A stretch of 61,867 nt of DNA, the filler included, from Streblomastix strix (Eukaryota), in NCBI GenBank assembly GCA_008636045.1. It is 2 parts of 2 records of this genome, joined end to end, with 100 filler letters (N's around TTAATTAATTAA, not from the genome) between each part and the next. Parts side by side here need not be neighbours in the genome. Positions count along the whole stretch, not along the records: positions 31,050 to 61,867 come from SNRW01000088.1; 1 more part is not named here. One strand, 5' to 3'. The translations under genes were made by a program, and so were the position numbers. Shown here piece after piece: positions 31,056 through 42,900 of the stretch. How positions within the stretch are numbered: the first letter of the stretch is position 1; the number at the start of each line of letters is the position of its first letter. The notes beneath the pieces were generated by a model. The model saw nothing but the letters and a program-made list of their open reading frames with translations. It did no database searches and was not told where the DNA came from.

Positions 31056-32385
31056 TCATTCGTTTTTCAATTATAAATTAAAATTATCCATAAAATGAGA
31101 CATTCGGTGCTTTTTATCTATCTAGATAGAAGTCTCCAGACAATATTTTCTCTAATATTGGATTTAATTCATCTTGTACATGTATTACTTCAGACATAGA
31201 AGTTCTATTTTGATCTTAAGAATCTATTTCTTTACTGTCGTCTGATGGAATACCAGAATCTATATATTCATCATCAGAATTAATTTTTAATCTTTTACTT
31301 TTTGATGCTTTCTTCTTCTTTTTTGTTGACTTATCTTTTTAAATAATTTATTATTCTTTATCATTTTTGTTCATTTAAACTGGATTTTATGAGATTTGTT
31401 TACTTTCTTGTAATCTTTTCATTCTTTCTCTATCTTAATTTATTTTTTAATCTATTTCAGTATCTTAAATGCTCGGAGATTTTTCCAAATTTAAGTTTTG
31501 ACCGTTTGTATTTATACCTGGATTTGATAAACTATCTTCAGATTCACTAATATTGTCTTTAATTTTCTAATTTTAAGGATTTTTTTTCATTTTTTTCTGT
31601 TTTTTTCTTCTTTTAACTTCTTAGATTTATTTTTCTATCATTTATGGAACTTGATTTTAACTTACCAGAGAAACATCTGCAAATCTTTCCATTAGATAAG
31701 TTTATAACTCTTTTCATCCAGTAAGTATGTACTCTTTAAAGAATATAATAACTCCAGGTTTGTAATCAATTATTAGATTAAAAAAAAATTTTTATAAATA
31801 TTATTAAAACTTAAAAATTTTAAAGCAATATAATACAAACCTGCAGAAAGTGGTACCATATAATTCCTTTTCTTTTATACCTGAAGCTATTGAGGAATAG
31901 ATATGTATAGCACATCTTTATTTTAAAAGAGAAAAATATAGAAATTAAATTAAAATTGTAAAATTGAATGTAATAATAACATACTTCGCCCCTTTTGACT
32001 AACACATGAAGGGTACGAATAATACAATAAAAAATAAAATGAACAATTAACGATGTTGCTGATGTATTCCATCGTTTTTCACTATTTCGTATCGATATTC
32101 TTGCGTTTACTTAAAACTCCATGCACCGAGCCTCTTTGTAGAAGAAACAACTTTTGATTTAGTAAATTGTGTTGGGTTAAATTAATTTAATTAACCAAAT
32201 GTCTTTCTAACGAGCAAGGGCGTTCGTTATACGGTGTGCGTTTATTCTGGTGAATAATCAATGATCTCTATTTGAATGTCTTCTTTTAACTTTATTATTG
32301 ACTCAAGCTCTTCAACACGATTCCGAAGTTTATCAATTTCTTTTTATTGTTCTTCGACAGCGGAGGATATAGGCGGCTGTTACAT
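31056..32385 (-). pseudogene. Degraded intron-containing hypothetical gene
   Basis: Starts MQQPPISSAVEEQQKEIDKLRNRVEELE. A later exon reads KEYILTG-TGA-KELQTYLMERF, followed by an apparent frameshift. Confidence 0.45.
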
Positions 32386-32521
32386 TTTTTATATAATTTT
32401 CACAAAATTCATAGCGAACAACATTTGACAATAATTGCAATTCAAACTTTGATAATAAAATTATTTTATAGTACAATATGCAATAAAAATGATATTGGTT
32501 GTTTTGATTTATAAACACCCA

Positions 32522-33620
32522 TATGACGGAAACATTACAGCAACTAAATTTAATAAAACAGTTGGAACAAATAACGACATATTGCTAGCGAATAGAGTCA
32601 CTAAATTTATTAATGGTGTTAAAGTAAAAAATATTTTAAATATTACAGGTTAAGATAAATATATAAAATTATGTCATTTTAACACAAGCGCCGATTTTTA
32701 ATCAACATTTATTGAATTTGATTTGTAATGTAGATAGGGATTTGGAAAAACATAAGCAAATTTATACTATAATGATGGTATGGGTGGCTACATATATAAC
32801 TATAAACCATGTATCTTCATTAATGAGCGCATTGATAATCCGATTGCTTTGTTATATGGCGATGGTGTAAATAAAACAGCTGATTTATAGTGCCGATTAA
32901 AAAAATATTGCCGTGAATAATAGATAACATAAACAATTGAACCATTCAATCACCCTGAATGTATTACTGATATATTAACATCGGAGCCTGTTGATTAAAT
33001 GCCAATCTAATTTATAAGTTCATAAGAGTTTTTACTTAATTTATAATCAAATTAATTTATACTAAATAATGATCCATTCACATAAAATGATAGTATGTAA
33101 ATAAATCCTATAGCAACTAGTTATGATGATGATTTGAGAATAGCCAGATCTGAAACAGAAACAGGTAATTCATCGGTATAATTAGGAAGTAGTAGAACAT
33201 CTACTTCTGAACTTATTGAAAGATAATGGGCTGGCGATAATATAAGAGCATTATAAATATCACCTAATGGATAAGCATTAACATTTAATGGTAATAGATT
33301 CGTTGATTTACCAACTGATTAAACAATAACTAGAATAAAAACATTCGGTAAATTAATATAAGTTAATCCATCAGTTGAAGGAACATATAATGAAGAGATA
33401 TGAATAAGTAGACCATCATAAAACTAATGTAGTTATATATAGTTTGGTTATGATCCATATTCAAATTTTGGGTCTATTAATAACTAATGGATTATAGGAA
33501 CTGCTGTAAATACCAATATAAATCCATTATGCATTATCATTGCAAAATCTGGTTAAGAATTTGAAGCTAATAGAGGATTAATGATATCCGCCGATGGAAA
33601 CACATTAACATTTAATGGTT
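32522..33620 (+). pseudogene. Tail-fibre-like protein, fragment 1
   Basis: YDGNITATKFNKTVGTNNDILLAN...QINPIATSYDDDLRIARSE...DQTITRIKTF...RGLMISADGNTLTFNG. Paralogous to 34490-36373. In-frame TGA at 33401. Confidence 0.7.
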
Positions 33621-34167
33621 TGCTCTATTGCATAAATTGATGTGTCCAATAACTTTGTATTATCTTTACATATTGCAAATTAATTAAAAGGGCCGCATGC
33701 AGTCGAGAATCCAAGCCAAAAGCGAAGAACTTCAGTTAAAGCATAGCCTTATCCTCCAAACAATGTTACTGACATATCTCCTTGTGGGGTATCCACATCA
33801 GCATCAGCGTTAAAATTAATTATCGCATTTGGAGTGATGTCAGATGTTGGGGCCGTGGCAGTAACTTTATTTAGTTATATTGCCAGTGTATTCGCAGGTA
33901 TCGTAATAGTCCAATTAACTTAGCAAGTTTAAACCTTGGAACAAATAGCCGTGCTTCTAACCGCTAGTGGAGCACCGATATATTTATGTCCAGAGAATTT
34001 TAATGAATCAATTTGCTAGTCAAAGAATTATTATTTTTATATTTCAAATGATTATGGTTGTATGCCCATAGTCTTCTCTACTTCCCTCATTTATATATAG
34101 CCACTAATATTGTCCGAATGTTGCATTTTTGCCAATCTATTTAAATAATCGCGTGCTAAGAATGATT
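33621..34167 (-). pseudogene. Candidate major capsid protein, N-terminal fragment
   Basis: Open beta-rich frame SFLARDYLNRLAKMQ...GYALTEVLRFWLGFSTACGPFNQFAICKDNTKLLDTSIYAIE, cut abruptly at ~33621. Capsid identity is inferred from composition and context only. Confidence 0.45.
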
Positions 34168-34241
34168 TTTTTAAATAAATAAAAATAAATAAAAATATCT
34201 AACGATTAGCATTCATTCTTATTATTTATATTATAAAGTAA

Positions 34242-34448
34242 ATGGGTCTTATCAATAAGATAGCAAATTTTGAATCGAATATTTTAGGAGGTGTAAAACA
34301 TGCCACATAATGGGTTGCTCCAGCTCTCCATAAAGTTTTTTCAACAGAAGCGGGCACAGTGGGTATCATCCATCCAGCCATCGGTTCAGCATTAGGTGCT
34401 GGTGCAGGACAAGCGGGAGCAGTGGATCGATTAGTCAATAAAAGATGA
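34242..34448 (+). CDS. 68-aa Gly2 amphipathic protein, candidate virion membrane-penetration protein
   Basis: Intact ORF MGLINKIANFESNILGGVKHATQWVAPALHKVFSTEAGTVGIIHPAIGSALGAGAGQAGAVDRLVNKR-TGA. Confidence 0.6.
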
Positions 34449-34489
34449 TTCCATTAATGAATTCGATAATTATTTTTATTTTTATATTA

Positions 34490-36373
34490 ATGCAAAGAAA
34501 TAATTCGCATTCTTAATAATAGATCCGCACGGTAAGATAATTAATCAGTAATGATATTGCTTATTATATCCAGTATTCGAAACGTGGCGGCAACTCCGCG
34601 GGTGGTATGCAGCAAAATGAAGATTATTAACTGTTTATAGATAACGATAACGCTTTAGTTTATGCTGCCAATAATTAAATCGTTGATGGTCAAGCTTCAG
34701 ATTTTGCATTAAAAATTTTCCCTCTTGGATTATTAACGGTAAAGAATTTAAAGGTTCTAAATTTTGATTTCGTCGCATAAATTAACCAATTAATTAATGA
34801 AGCAAATTAATTATAATCTGATTTAGGATCTATTGATGTTGATATTGTTGGGGTAAAATATGACATAAAAACCATTCAGTAAAAGCTTATACGATAATAG
34901 CATTTAGGGTATTTTATTTATTGAACACATATATTTAAAATTTGCCAAATTCAGCTGATGGTGATTTTGCATTCAGTGCCGAGAGTGGGACCGTATGGAT
35001 GTATGACACTGCGTCGTATAATAGCGGATAAGTAGTTCCTGATTAAGTTTCCCACGCTAGTGATGCAACTTCATTAGTGTATAACGCTGTTGGTGCTGCT
35101 GGCATTTCAAATGATTACGCTAAAGGGGACTACTAACATCCTCTATAAGTTTCTTCTGTCTTACCCCAGCCTGATACTGTCGCAGGAGAAGTAGGCACTA
35201 CAAATACTTATGCTAGATCTGACCATACTTATCATGTAATTTTAAGTAATGACATATCCGCTAAAGACGTGGGAACAGGAACAGCAAGTACATCAAATAT
35301 ATATACTAGTGCTGGTCATTAACACCCTCATTAATGTTGATCCCAGTGTTGCAAACGTGCATCTGGTAAATGCCACCGCTGCAGCTAATGGCACCAGTGA
35401 TTATTACTGTAGAAGTGACCATGTTCATGCTCAATAATTAACATAGGATGGAAATATTACCGCAATTAAATTTATTGAAACTAGAGGATTACCTACAGAA
35501 ATTTTAAGCGCTAATGGTGATAATAAAGATATTAATGGCGTTGTTGATATAGCTACCGATTAAACGATAACAGATATAAAAACATTTAATAATATATTTT
35601 AAGCAGTTCCTACTGGTTTCAATTATAACAAAGGAATACGAATAGCAAAAGCAACCAATGGGCCATGTTAAATATTATCTGGAGTTGATCCAGATTAATA
35701 TAACGGAGAAATAGAAGGTTAATAGACTGTTGGAATCATGATAAATTAAAGTCCCATTGCACAATAATTTGCAATTTGTTAATCATATAATTTTGAAAAC
35801 TTTGATAGAGAATTGCATATATCCGCCGATCGAAATGCATTAAAATTTAATGGTAATGGCTTCATTGATGTTGGAAGTGATTAAACAATTATAGGTAAAA
35901 AAACATTTGCTACTGGGTTTGATTCAGGTAATATTTAAATAAATCCTACAGCAACTAGTTGTGATGACGGATTGAAAATTTCAAGATCAGAAGAATATAC
36001 AGGCGGTTCTTCACTTATGTTTGGATGTAGTAGATTCTCTAACACTGGAGCTATAACAGGATAATGATAAATATTTTCACCACCAAGTCATTATGTTAAT
36101 AATCCATTAGGCTTAACATTAACATTAGGGTTTAATTCAGGTGATACAAATAGAGGATTATAAATATCCGCTTGTGGAAACACATTTAGTTTCAATGGAT
36201 AAATTATAGCAGGAAATGGTGCTCCTAATGGGTAAGTCAATCATTCATAAGGAAATCCAAATTTATGGGGTATAAGTAGTACTGGAACAAATTGCGGTTT
36301 CTATAGCAGGGGAAATACTGTATTCTGGAGGGACAATGCTTTGCAATTTGATCCGTATAACTAGGAACAATGA
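34490..36373 (+). pseudogene. Phage-tail-fibre-like protein (near full length, frameshifted)
   Basis: N-terminal coiled coil; repeated YA(R/K)xD(H/Y)xH-type motifs (YAKGDYQHP, YARSDHTYH, CRSDHVH); two DQTIxxxKTF...ISAxxNxxxFNG modules; ends VFWRDNALQFDPYNQEQ-TGA. Frameshifts near 34905 and 35330, internal TGA near 36065. Confidence 0.75.
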
Positions 36374-36404
36374 TGACTTAGCTTACATATTTATTTAACA
36401 TAAA

Positions 36405-36647
36405 ATGGATAAACCAATTAAGCAGCTTTTTAATGAACTGGTTAAATGCCACTTTGAAAATGAGGATGCAATATGGGTTTCTATTGATGCTTTATAAAAT
36501 ATACTCAAAAAAGACAACATCCCCTTTCAGCACCCACTTTTGAAAGTATTACAGAGGATAAATAAATAATTCTTAAATTAATAAAATAAATTATAAAGCA
36601 AAAAATAATATGTCGATGATTGGATTATAAAAATAAACTATTTAATG
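36405..36647 (+). CDS. Small hypothetical viral protein (possibly truncated)
   Basis: MDKPIKQLFNELVKCHFENEDAIWVSIDALQNILKKD... is open with TAR=Gln. Confidence 0.4.
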
Positions 36648-37077
36648 AACAGAAGAAAATTTTTAAAAATAAATGCAATTAAATAAAATAGCAGTTGAAT
36701 TAAAATAACTAGCCCATGCAAATAAAAAAATATATAATTTCTGAAGTTAATGATATAGAGAAATAAATATATACTGACTTTATAAATGAAGCATAAAATA
36801 GTTGCTTAGTCAATCATTAACAGCTTAATTAAACTTCATAAGCAAATTTAAGTTATGCAAATAGTTAATGATTTCTATTATTTTATCACCGAGTGATTCA
36901 AAGAATGAATAATGATTTTTGTATTTCTGATAGGTTTATTTTTCCTCTTCATTTAAATTATTATTTCTATCAGTGTTTCAAATATTTTAAATATCTCATA
37001 ATCTGTTGCGTTATATTATAGGCCGATATTTGTTACTAATTAAAATAATTGATCCATTTATATAAAAATAAAAAATT

Positions 37078-37431
37078 TCATATCCGTCATTATTCTTCTT
37101 CTGTTTTGGTTTCATTAATATAGCCGTTTATTGATTCAGTTATGGCCTTCGTTTTGTGATTTGATTGTATAATTTGTTTTATGTTTCTTTTCTATTCTTT
37201 ATTATTCGTATCATTAGCAAATATATATTTTTCGTTATATTTCCCTTATTATTTTAGTTTTCTATAATAAGTATAATCGCTGTTTTTGGCCTTAGTTAAT
37301 TGATAGAATTATTGGTTCCATAAGCGGAGCTCATTAAATTATATGCAGTTTATTTATTCTATTAGTTGCCCGTCTTTCCTATCTTTGTTTTGGCTAAGGT
37401 AGAATTCCACTTTTTCAAATTGATTTGTCAT
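37078..37431 (-). CDS. Small hypothetical viral protein
   Basis: MTNQFEKVEFYLSQNKDRKDGQLIEINCIQFNELRLWNQQFYQL... Confidence 0.4.
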
Positions 37432-37472
37432 TTTTATATCAGATAAAAAAAATAAAAATAAATAAAATAAAT

Positions 37473-38287
37473 TCAATTCATTAATATTAGGCATTAACTA
37501 GGTCGTCCAATTGATTTAAGAACTTATTATTATCCTCCTTTTTAACTTCCATCGTAATATAACTAATTGAAATATTTTATAAGCTAGTTCTAATTTATTT
37601 TATTATCTTATAGTTTCCACTTAAGCCTACGGGTAAATTATCAAAAATATATATAGCTGTTTGTCTTCTTTAAAGTTGTTTTTATGCTTTCTGTGGAACT
37701 TGTATATTATTGAGTCTTCCTTTTCTTGCATTAATTATAACGCTAAAATAAAATCGTTATCTTAATCAAGTGGACCAACTCGATTTTATAATTGTTATTT
37801 TTCAAATTTAAGCAATTAATTTTTTTCTTATAATTCTTAAATAATCGAATTAATTGTATCCTCTGCATATGCTTATATGTTTGTAGTTTCATCATATGTT
37901 GCTTAAACTTTTTCATTTTATTTTATCCATTATCTTACGAATATAAACAACATATTTTGGGCTTATCCATGTTAGTACATAGTTTATTAGTATTGGACTG
38001 ATATTATAACCTTTATAAGCACTTTCAAATTCTTTATTGATTTGATACATTAATGGGTATGCCCTTTATTGGGCGGACTCCAAATCAGCCGTTTCTGCTT
38101 TTAAATAATCTTTCCAATTTGTGTTTTGTTATAAATTTCTGAATCGCCTATCATATTTCTCGCAGAATAAAGTCGTTTTCGTGAAATAGTTATCTATCTT
38201 AATAAATAATTTTAACCCATTATATAAACCTTCAACGAATCTAAAATTATTGTTTGAAATTTTAGCGGAAGTCTTGACTTGTTCCAT
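37473..38287 (-). pseudogene. KilA-N (APSES-like) DNA-binding domain protein
   Basis: YNGLKLFIKIDNYFTKTTLFCEKYDRRFRNL...W...KGYNISPILINYVLTWISPKYVVYIRKIMD fits the KilA-N pattern (NATKLC...GTYVHPxL...WISPxF). It is followed by a coiled coil; 3' part appears frameshifted. Confidence 0.75.
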
Positions 38288-38349
38288 TTTATAGTTAGAT
38301 AAAAAGTAGAAAAAAAATAAAATCAAACGTTACTTATTTTTTTTCCATC

Positions 38350-38495
38350 GATTTTCAATTCAGCCCTCGACCTACTATAGGAAAGCATAAATGAAAACCC
38401 ATCGTTCACTCGGTACGCTGGATTTCCAGCGGATCCAATTTTTTATGATTTTCAAATTAACCCTCGACCTACTATAGGAGACCATAAATTCAATT
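38350..38495. repeat. Imperfect ~45-bp direct repeat with core CCCTCGACCTACTATAGGA
   Basis: Identical 19-bp cores start at 38364 and 38461 in the intergenic region between KilA-N and the ATPase. Confidence 0.85.
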
Positions 38496-38559
38496 TTATT
38501 AAATTTCAAATTTTCCGAGCCACTTGTTTAATACCATAAATTCAAATTTATTTAATGTA

Positions 38560-39507
38560 CCATACAGTAATAAAAATTTTTCATAACCTAAATTATAAAT
38601 TGAATATTCCTCGTAAATTTATTTTAAGTCATTCTCGTTAAAATATAGCCCCGAAACAAATGATGTGCGATAGAATGCGCGCAGTCTTAAATAAATATTT
38701 GGGACGCTGGGTAATAAAGAATATAGTATTTTTACTATGGCATGATTCACTAATAAGGTGAGTTATTGTTTTAGATAATGAAGACGAAAATCAGTGTATA
38801 TCAGCATTGGATCCTACATCATCGAAGAACATTAAAGTATTCAATAGCTGAGCATCTTTAAGTATAGAAATTTTTAATATTTTTATGTCTGCTGTTTATT
38901 TATCATCAATGAATTTCAATTAGTTTTGATAGCTAACATTTTAAATCAAAGCAGGCACTTAGAATCGTAATATTTCAAAACGCTATGAATATTTATTAAT
39001 AGTTTCCATCACTGTAGATTAAAAAATCACTGCAATTCTTTCGACATATTGTTGGGGCTCATCATCTTTCTTTATTCGGTTATTTTCTATAATTTTCTCT
39101 TTCATTCTCTTAATAAAATCGCTATTGTAATCATATTTTTACTCTCGAAGCTTATAATAAGTGTATACCTCTTTAGTGTTATTTTTTACCTCGTTAAACT
39201 CTGGCAAAAAAATCATTGCCTCGCCTTAAGTTATATTTACTATTTATATACCTTTGCTATTTAAAATTAAGGTCATTGTTTCGTCCGCTCCAAAATTAGA
39301 GAAATAAATAGTGTATGTGTTAATGATTTTTTAATATAAAGCTATTAGATTAGATATTAGCGTTGTTTTGCCCGAGCCAACAGCTCCGATTATATAATGA
39401 TTCGCGTTAATTAAAAACAATGAATTTTTCGTAAGGGGCTTTGTTTTTTACTCATCCAATAAATCTAAGTTCACAAATTATATATTTCATAAATCCGCTT
39501 ATGACAT
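38560..39507 (-). pseudogene. A32/FtsK-HerA-type DNA packaging ATPase
   Basis: Walker A YIIGAVGSGKTTLI and Walker B LMFFDDVG. After a frameshift, ILFITQRPKYLFKTAR provides the conserved Gln strand. Internal TGAs. Confidence 0.85.
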
Positions 39508-39957
39508 TTTTATTTGGATAAAATGAATATTTTGAATTTAATAATGGCCATCATGAAGTATATGTCTTATGGCTTCAATTTTGTTATATCTATCCTATCT
39601 ATATCCATACCCTAAAAATTGTGCTTAACAGTTAATTTAATCAAATAATTATGGTGGTATTTGGATATAATATTGGTTCCGTAGAACTTAACAATTTATA
39701 TAATAAAAATTTTTTATCGTAGAAAAATGAAGAAGAATGAAAAGATTATTCATTGATTATAACTAACGGAGTAATAAATTGAGGCATTTATGAACGAAGC
39801 AATAGCAAAAAAACATTTTGAATAAGTTTATCATTGGCGTTATATATTATATTTAAAAATGCTTAATTTCTCCGAGAAGGAATAGGTTTGAATCAAAAAT
39901 ATTCTAGGGGTCCTTTCAAATTGAAGGCACTTGGCTAGAATGGCCCGACGGAATCAC

Positions 39958-42900
39958 TCACTAATCAATAATGGACTCAATTATATAATCATTAGCTTTT
40001 AAACCCAAGATATAAGGACAACAGCTTTAATCTTTTAATACTATAGCCATAGTGTGAATTCCTGTAATTCCGTTCTTTTGTGTAGCTATTTTTGACATAA
40101 TATAGTTTTTCTATCCGAGTCGCATATTTGTTGCTATTGTTATTGTTGCACTATTAATATTATCCACAATGTTTTATTTATTTATTTTTATTGCCTTCTA
40201 ATTGACACCCTACAATTTTATCTTTCCTTTTTCACCAACTTTTATATAATAATTCATCGGGGCAAATGCATTCATTTCAATTCATTCATTTTTGATAGAT
40301 AAACCAAGTATTTTCTTCTCGTCTAATAAATCATTTTCAATTATTGGAAAATAATATTTAGCATTATCATCATAAAATTATTTATCTTTAATTACGTAGT
40401 TAAATTTCTATTAATATCCCGCCACTGCCGAGCCACTAACGGCCCAATAAGACCAATCAGTATCACCTTCCACGAAGTGCATTTTTTCCATATCAAAAGC
40501 TTTATGCATAAAATTATATATAAAATTAAGATTCCAATATTTGGCATTATCCAATACAAAATAAGCTTAGTAAATTGATGTCATACTTGTGCATGTCTCA
40601 AGGTTTAATTATACTGCGTAAGAATTATCAGATAATTATTATTCATCCATAAAAGTATTTGATAAATGAGACTTTAGCGCGCCCATCTTATCCATGACTT
40701 TTATTTCTGTATATTTCTCCGTGTTCATTCCTTCGGATCCATATAATGAGTTCATAGTAATTTTACAAAATTATTCTAATCCTTTATTTCCTTCTATTTT
40801 CGCTTATACTCTCTTGCCTATAAATTCCTTGACGTACGGATAAAACCTTTCATGCTTATTAAATAAAATTAATTGTTTTATATAATCAATAAAAAAATAG
40901 CAGTCATCGATTAAGAACCATAAATTGTAAGTGCGGAAAGACATAAATTCGGCGTGGATTGATAATAAGTTTGTTGATTTTTTTTATTATTAATGAGTTT
41001 TAATATTGTTTTTTTCATATGGTTATACATATACGAACCAATGATTTCCTTATTAGTGGGGAATGCAAAGTTTCTTAAAATAGGGGGAGATTAATCAATT
41101 ATTGATATATTTTTCGTAAATGTGCCTCTTTAATTCTGCTATAAATAATTAATCACGTCCCCTTATTATATTTATTATTTTTTGTTTATCATCCGTTCTT
41201 CCCTATACGCTTCCTGCCACATACATTTTGCCACCCATATATTTTATAAATTTATGCGGCTCTGATGGCAAAACGCTGGGATATAAGGTAATTGAAATCA
41301 AAGCCGATAATATGAGAAATTATATTATCTGAAGTTTGAACATGAACCTTCTTATTCTCTGGGTCTTAACTGAATTATTTTAATGTGTCTTTTCCTGCTA
41401 AATTTTCCCTATGCATAACGATAGATAAACCGCCAGTTATTCCATTACAAATCAATTTATAATCGTCTATATTGGTTATATTTGTAGGGAGACAATGCAA
41501 AATGCAAAATCTTCGATGCTGGATAAAATAAACGGCTAATATTCTTTTCATTATTTGAACAATATTTATTGCAATAGAGGCAGCACGGTTATACATTATC
41601 ATTTGTGTGTGGCAAATTATTATTTATTCTATCAAGTGTTGGTTTATTATTCTCAGAAAATTTATCGCCTCAAATGGCACATACTGACGATTCGAGTAAT
41701 TGCTTAAAATATTCGAAGTCATTAACGGAAACGTTATTTGATGAATCCCTGCGCTTGATCTAATCTTGAAATCTATAAACATTTACTTTATATTTCCAGT
41801 AAGAGGGAAATAAAATGAACTTATAAGAGTTATCAATATAGGGGAGATAATTAGCATTTAAATCAAATTCTTTATAAGCAAGTGCGTATTTGATAGCGTT
41901 TGCACAAGCAGCCATAGACATAAAGCTAAACGTATCAATTTTATACTCCATGTTAATTTATATCTAATTGTCTATTGGTGCTATCATTATTTTATATCTT
42001 GCACATTATAATACTGCAGATATTCCTACCGATTTTTAAATTATTTTGCATCGTCTAAATAAATATTATATTCATCTTCGCTCATTGAAAAATTCGTTAG
42101 TGTTGAATTGAAAGCCTCAATAGGAAAAGGACAGATTAATTTAATAGCTAAGTATAGTTATCATTGTTAATATATTCATATGAAAATAAACCTTTTTCGT
42201 TGCCTTTTTAGCTGGAGAAATTTTATGCGAAATCTTTTAATGTCATCACTTGAACATAGACCATAATATCATAGATTTTCAATTTGATTTTTGAATGCTT
42301 TAGTTATACAATAATTGATTTCGCTTGTGATGAACTACCAATGCAATTCTTAATTTCCCAGACCTAAGATTATATATTTTTAAATATCAATGCAAAAATC
42401 AAACTATGTGCTATTGAATCCAACGATGGGAACCTCATTTGATTAAAGATAGTTAATTGAAGAATCTATATATTAGTTATCTTCTTAAATTGATTATGCT
42501 TCGATAAATATTTATTTAAGCCATTAATTTATAAAATCATCGCCATTTTTCAAATCATAGTAAATCGTTTTTATACCTTATTTGTTCTTAATTGTCGAGG
42601 CTACAGAAAGAGGAACCAATTATGAAATCTTTTTGCTTGATTTGCCAGATTCTTTTTTGATTACTTTCTCCATTGTTTCAAAATCATAAGTGATATAGTT
42701 GCTCGTAGGTTTAAATTCGTTTTCTCTATTATTTGCTAGTAAATAAGCGTATGTTTTGTTCTGCATTATATGCGGGCAAAATGGCCTTTGAATAGCTTCC
42801 AGTTTCACCTCCTTTATTTTCTTTTCTTCGCTAATTTCGCATTTCTTGATGTACCTCTCATATTGTTCTACGAAATGATGTTCTTTAGGGTCGAATATTT

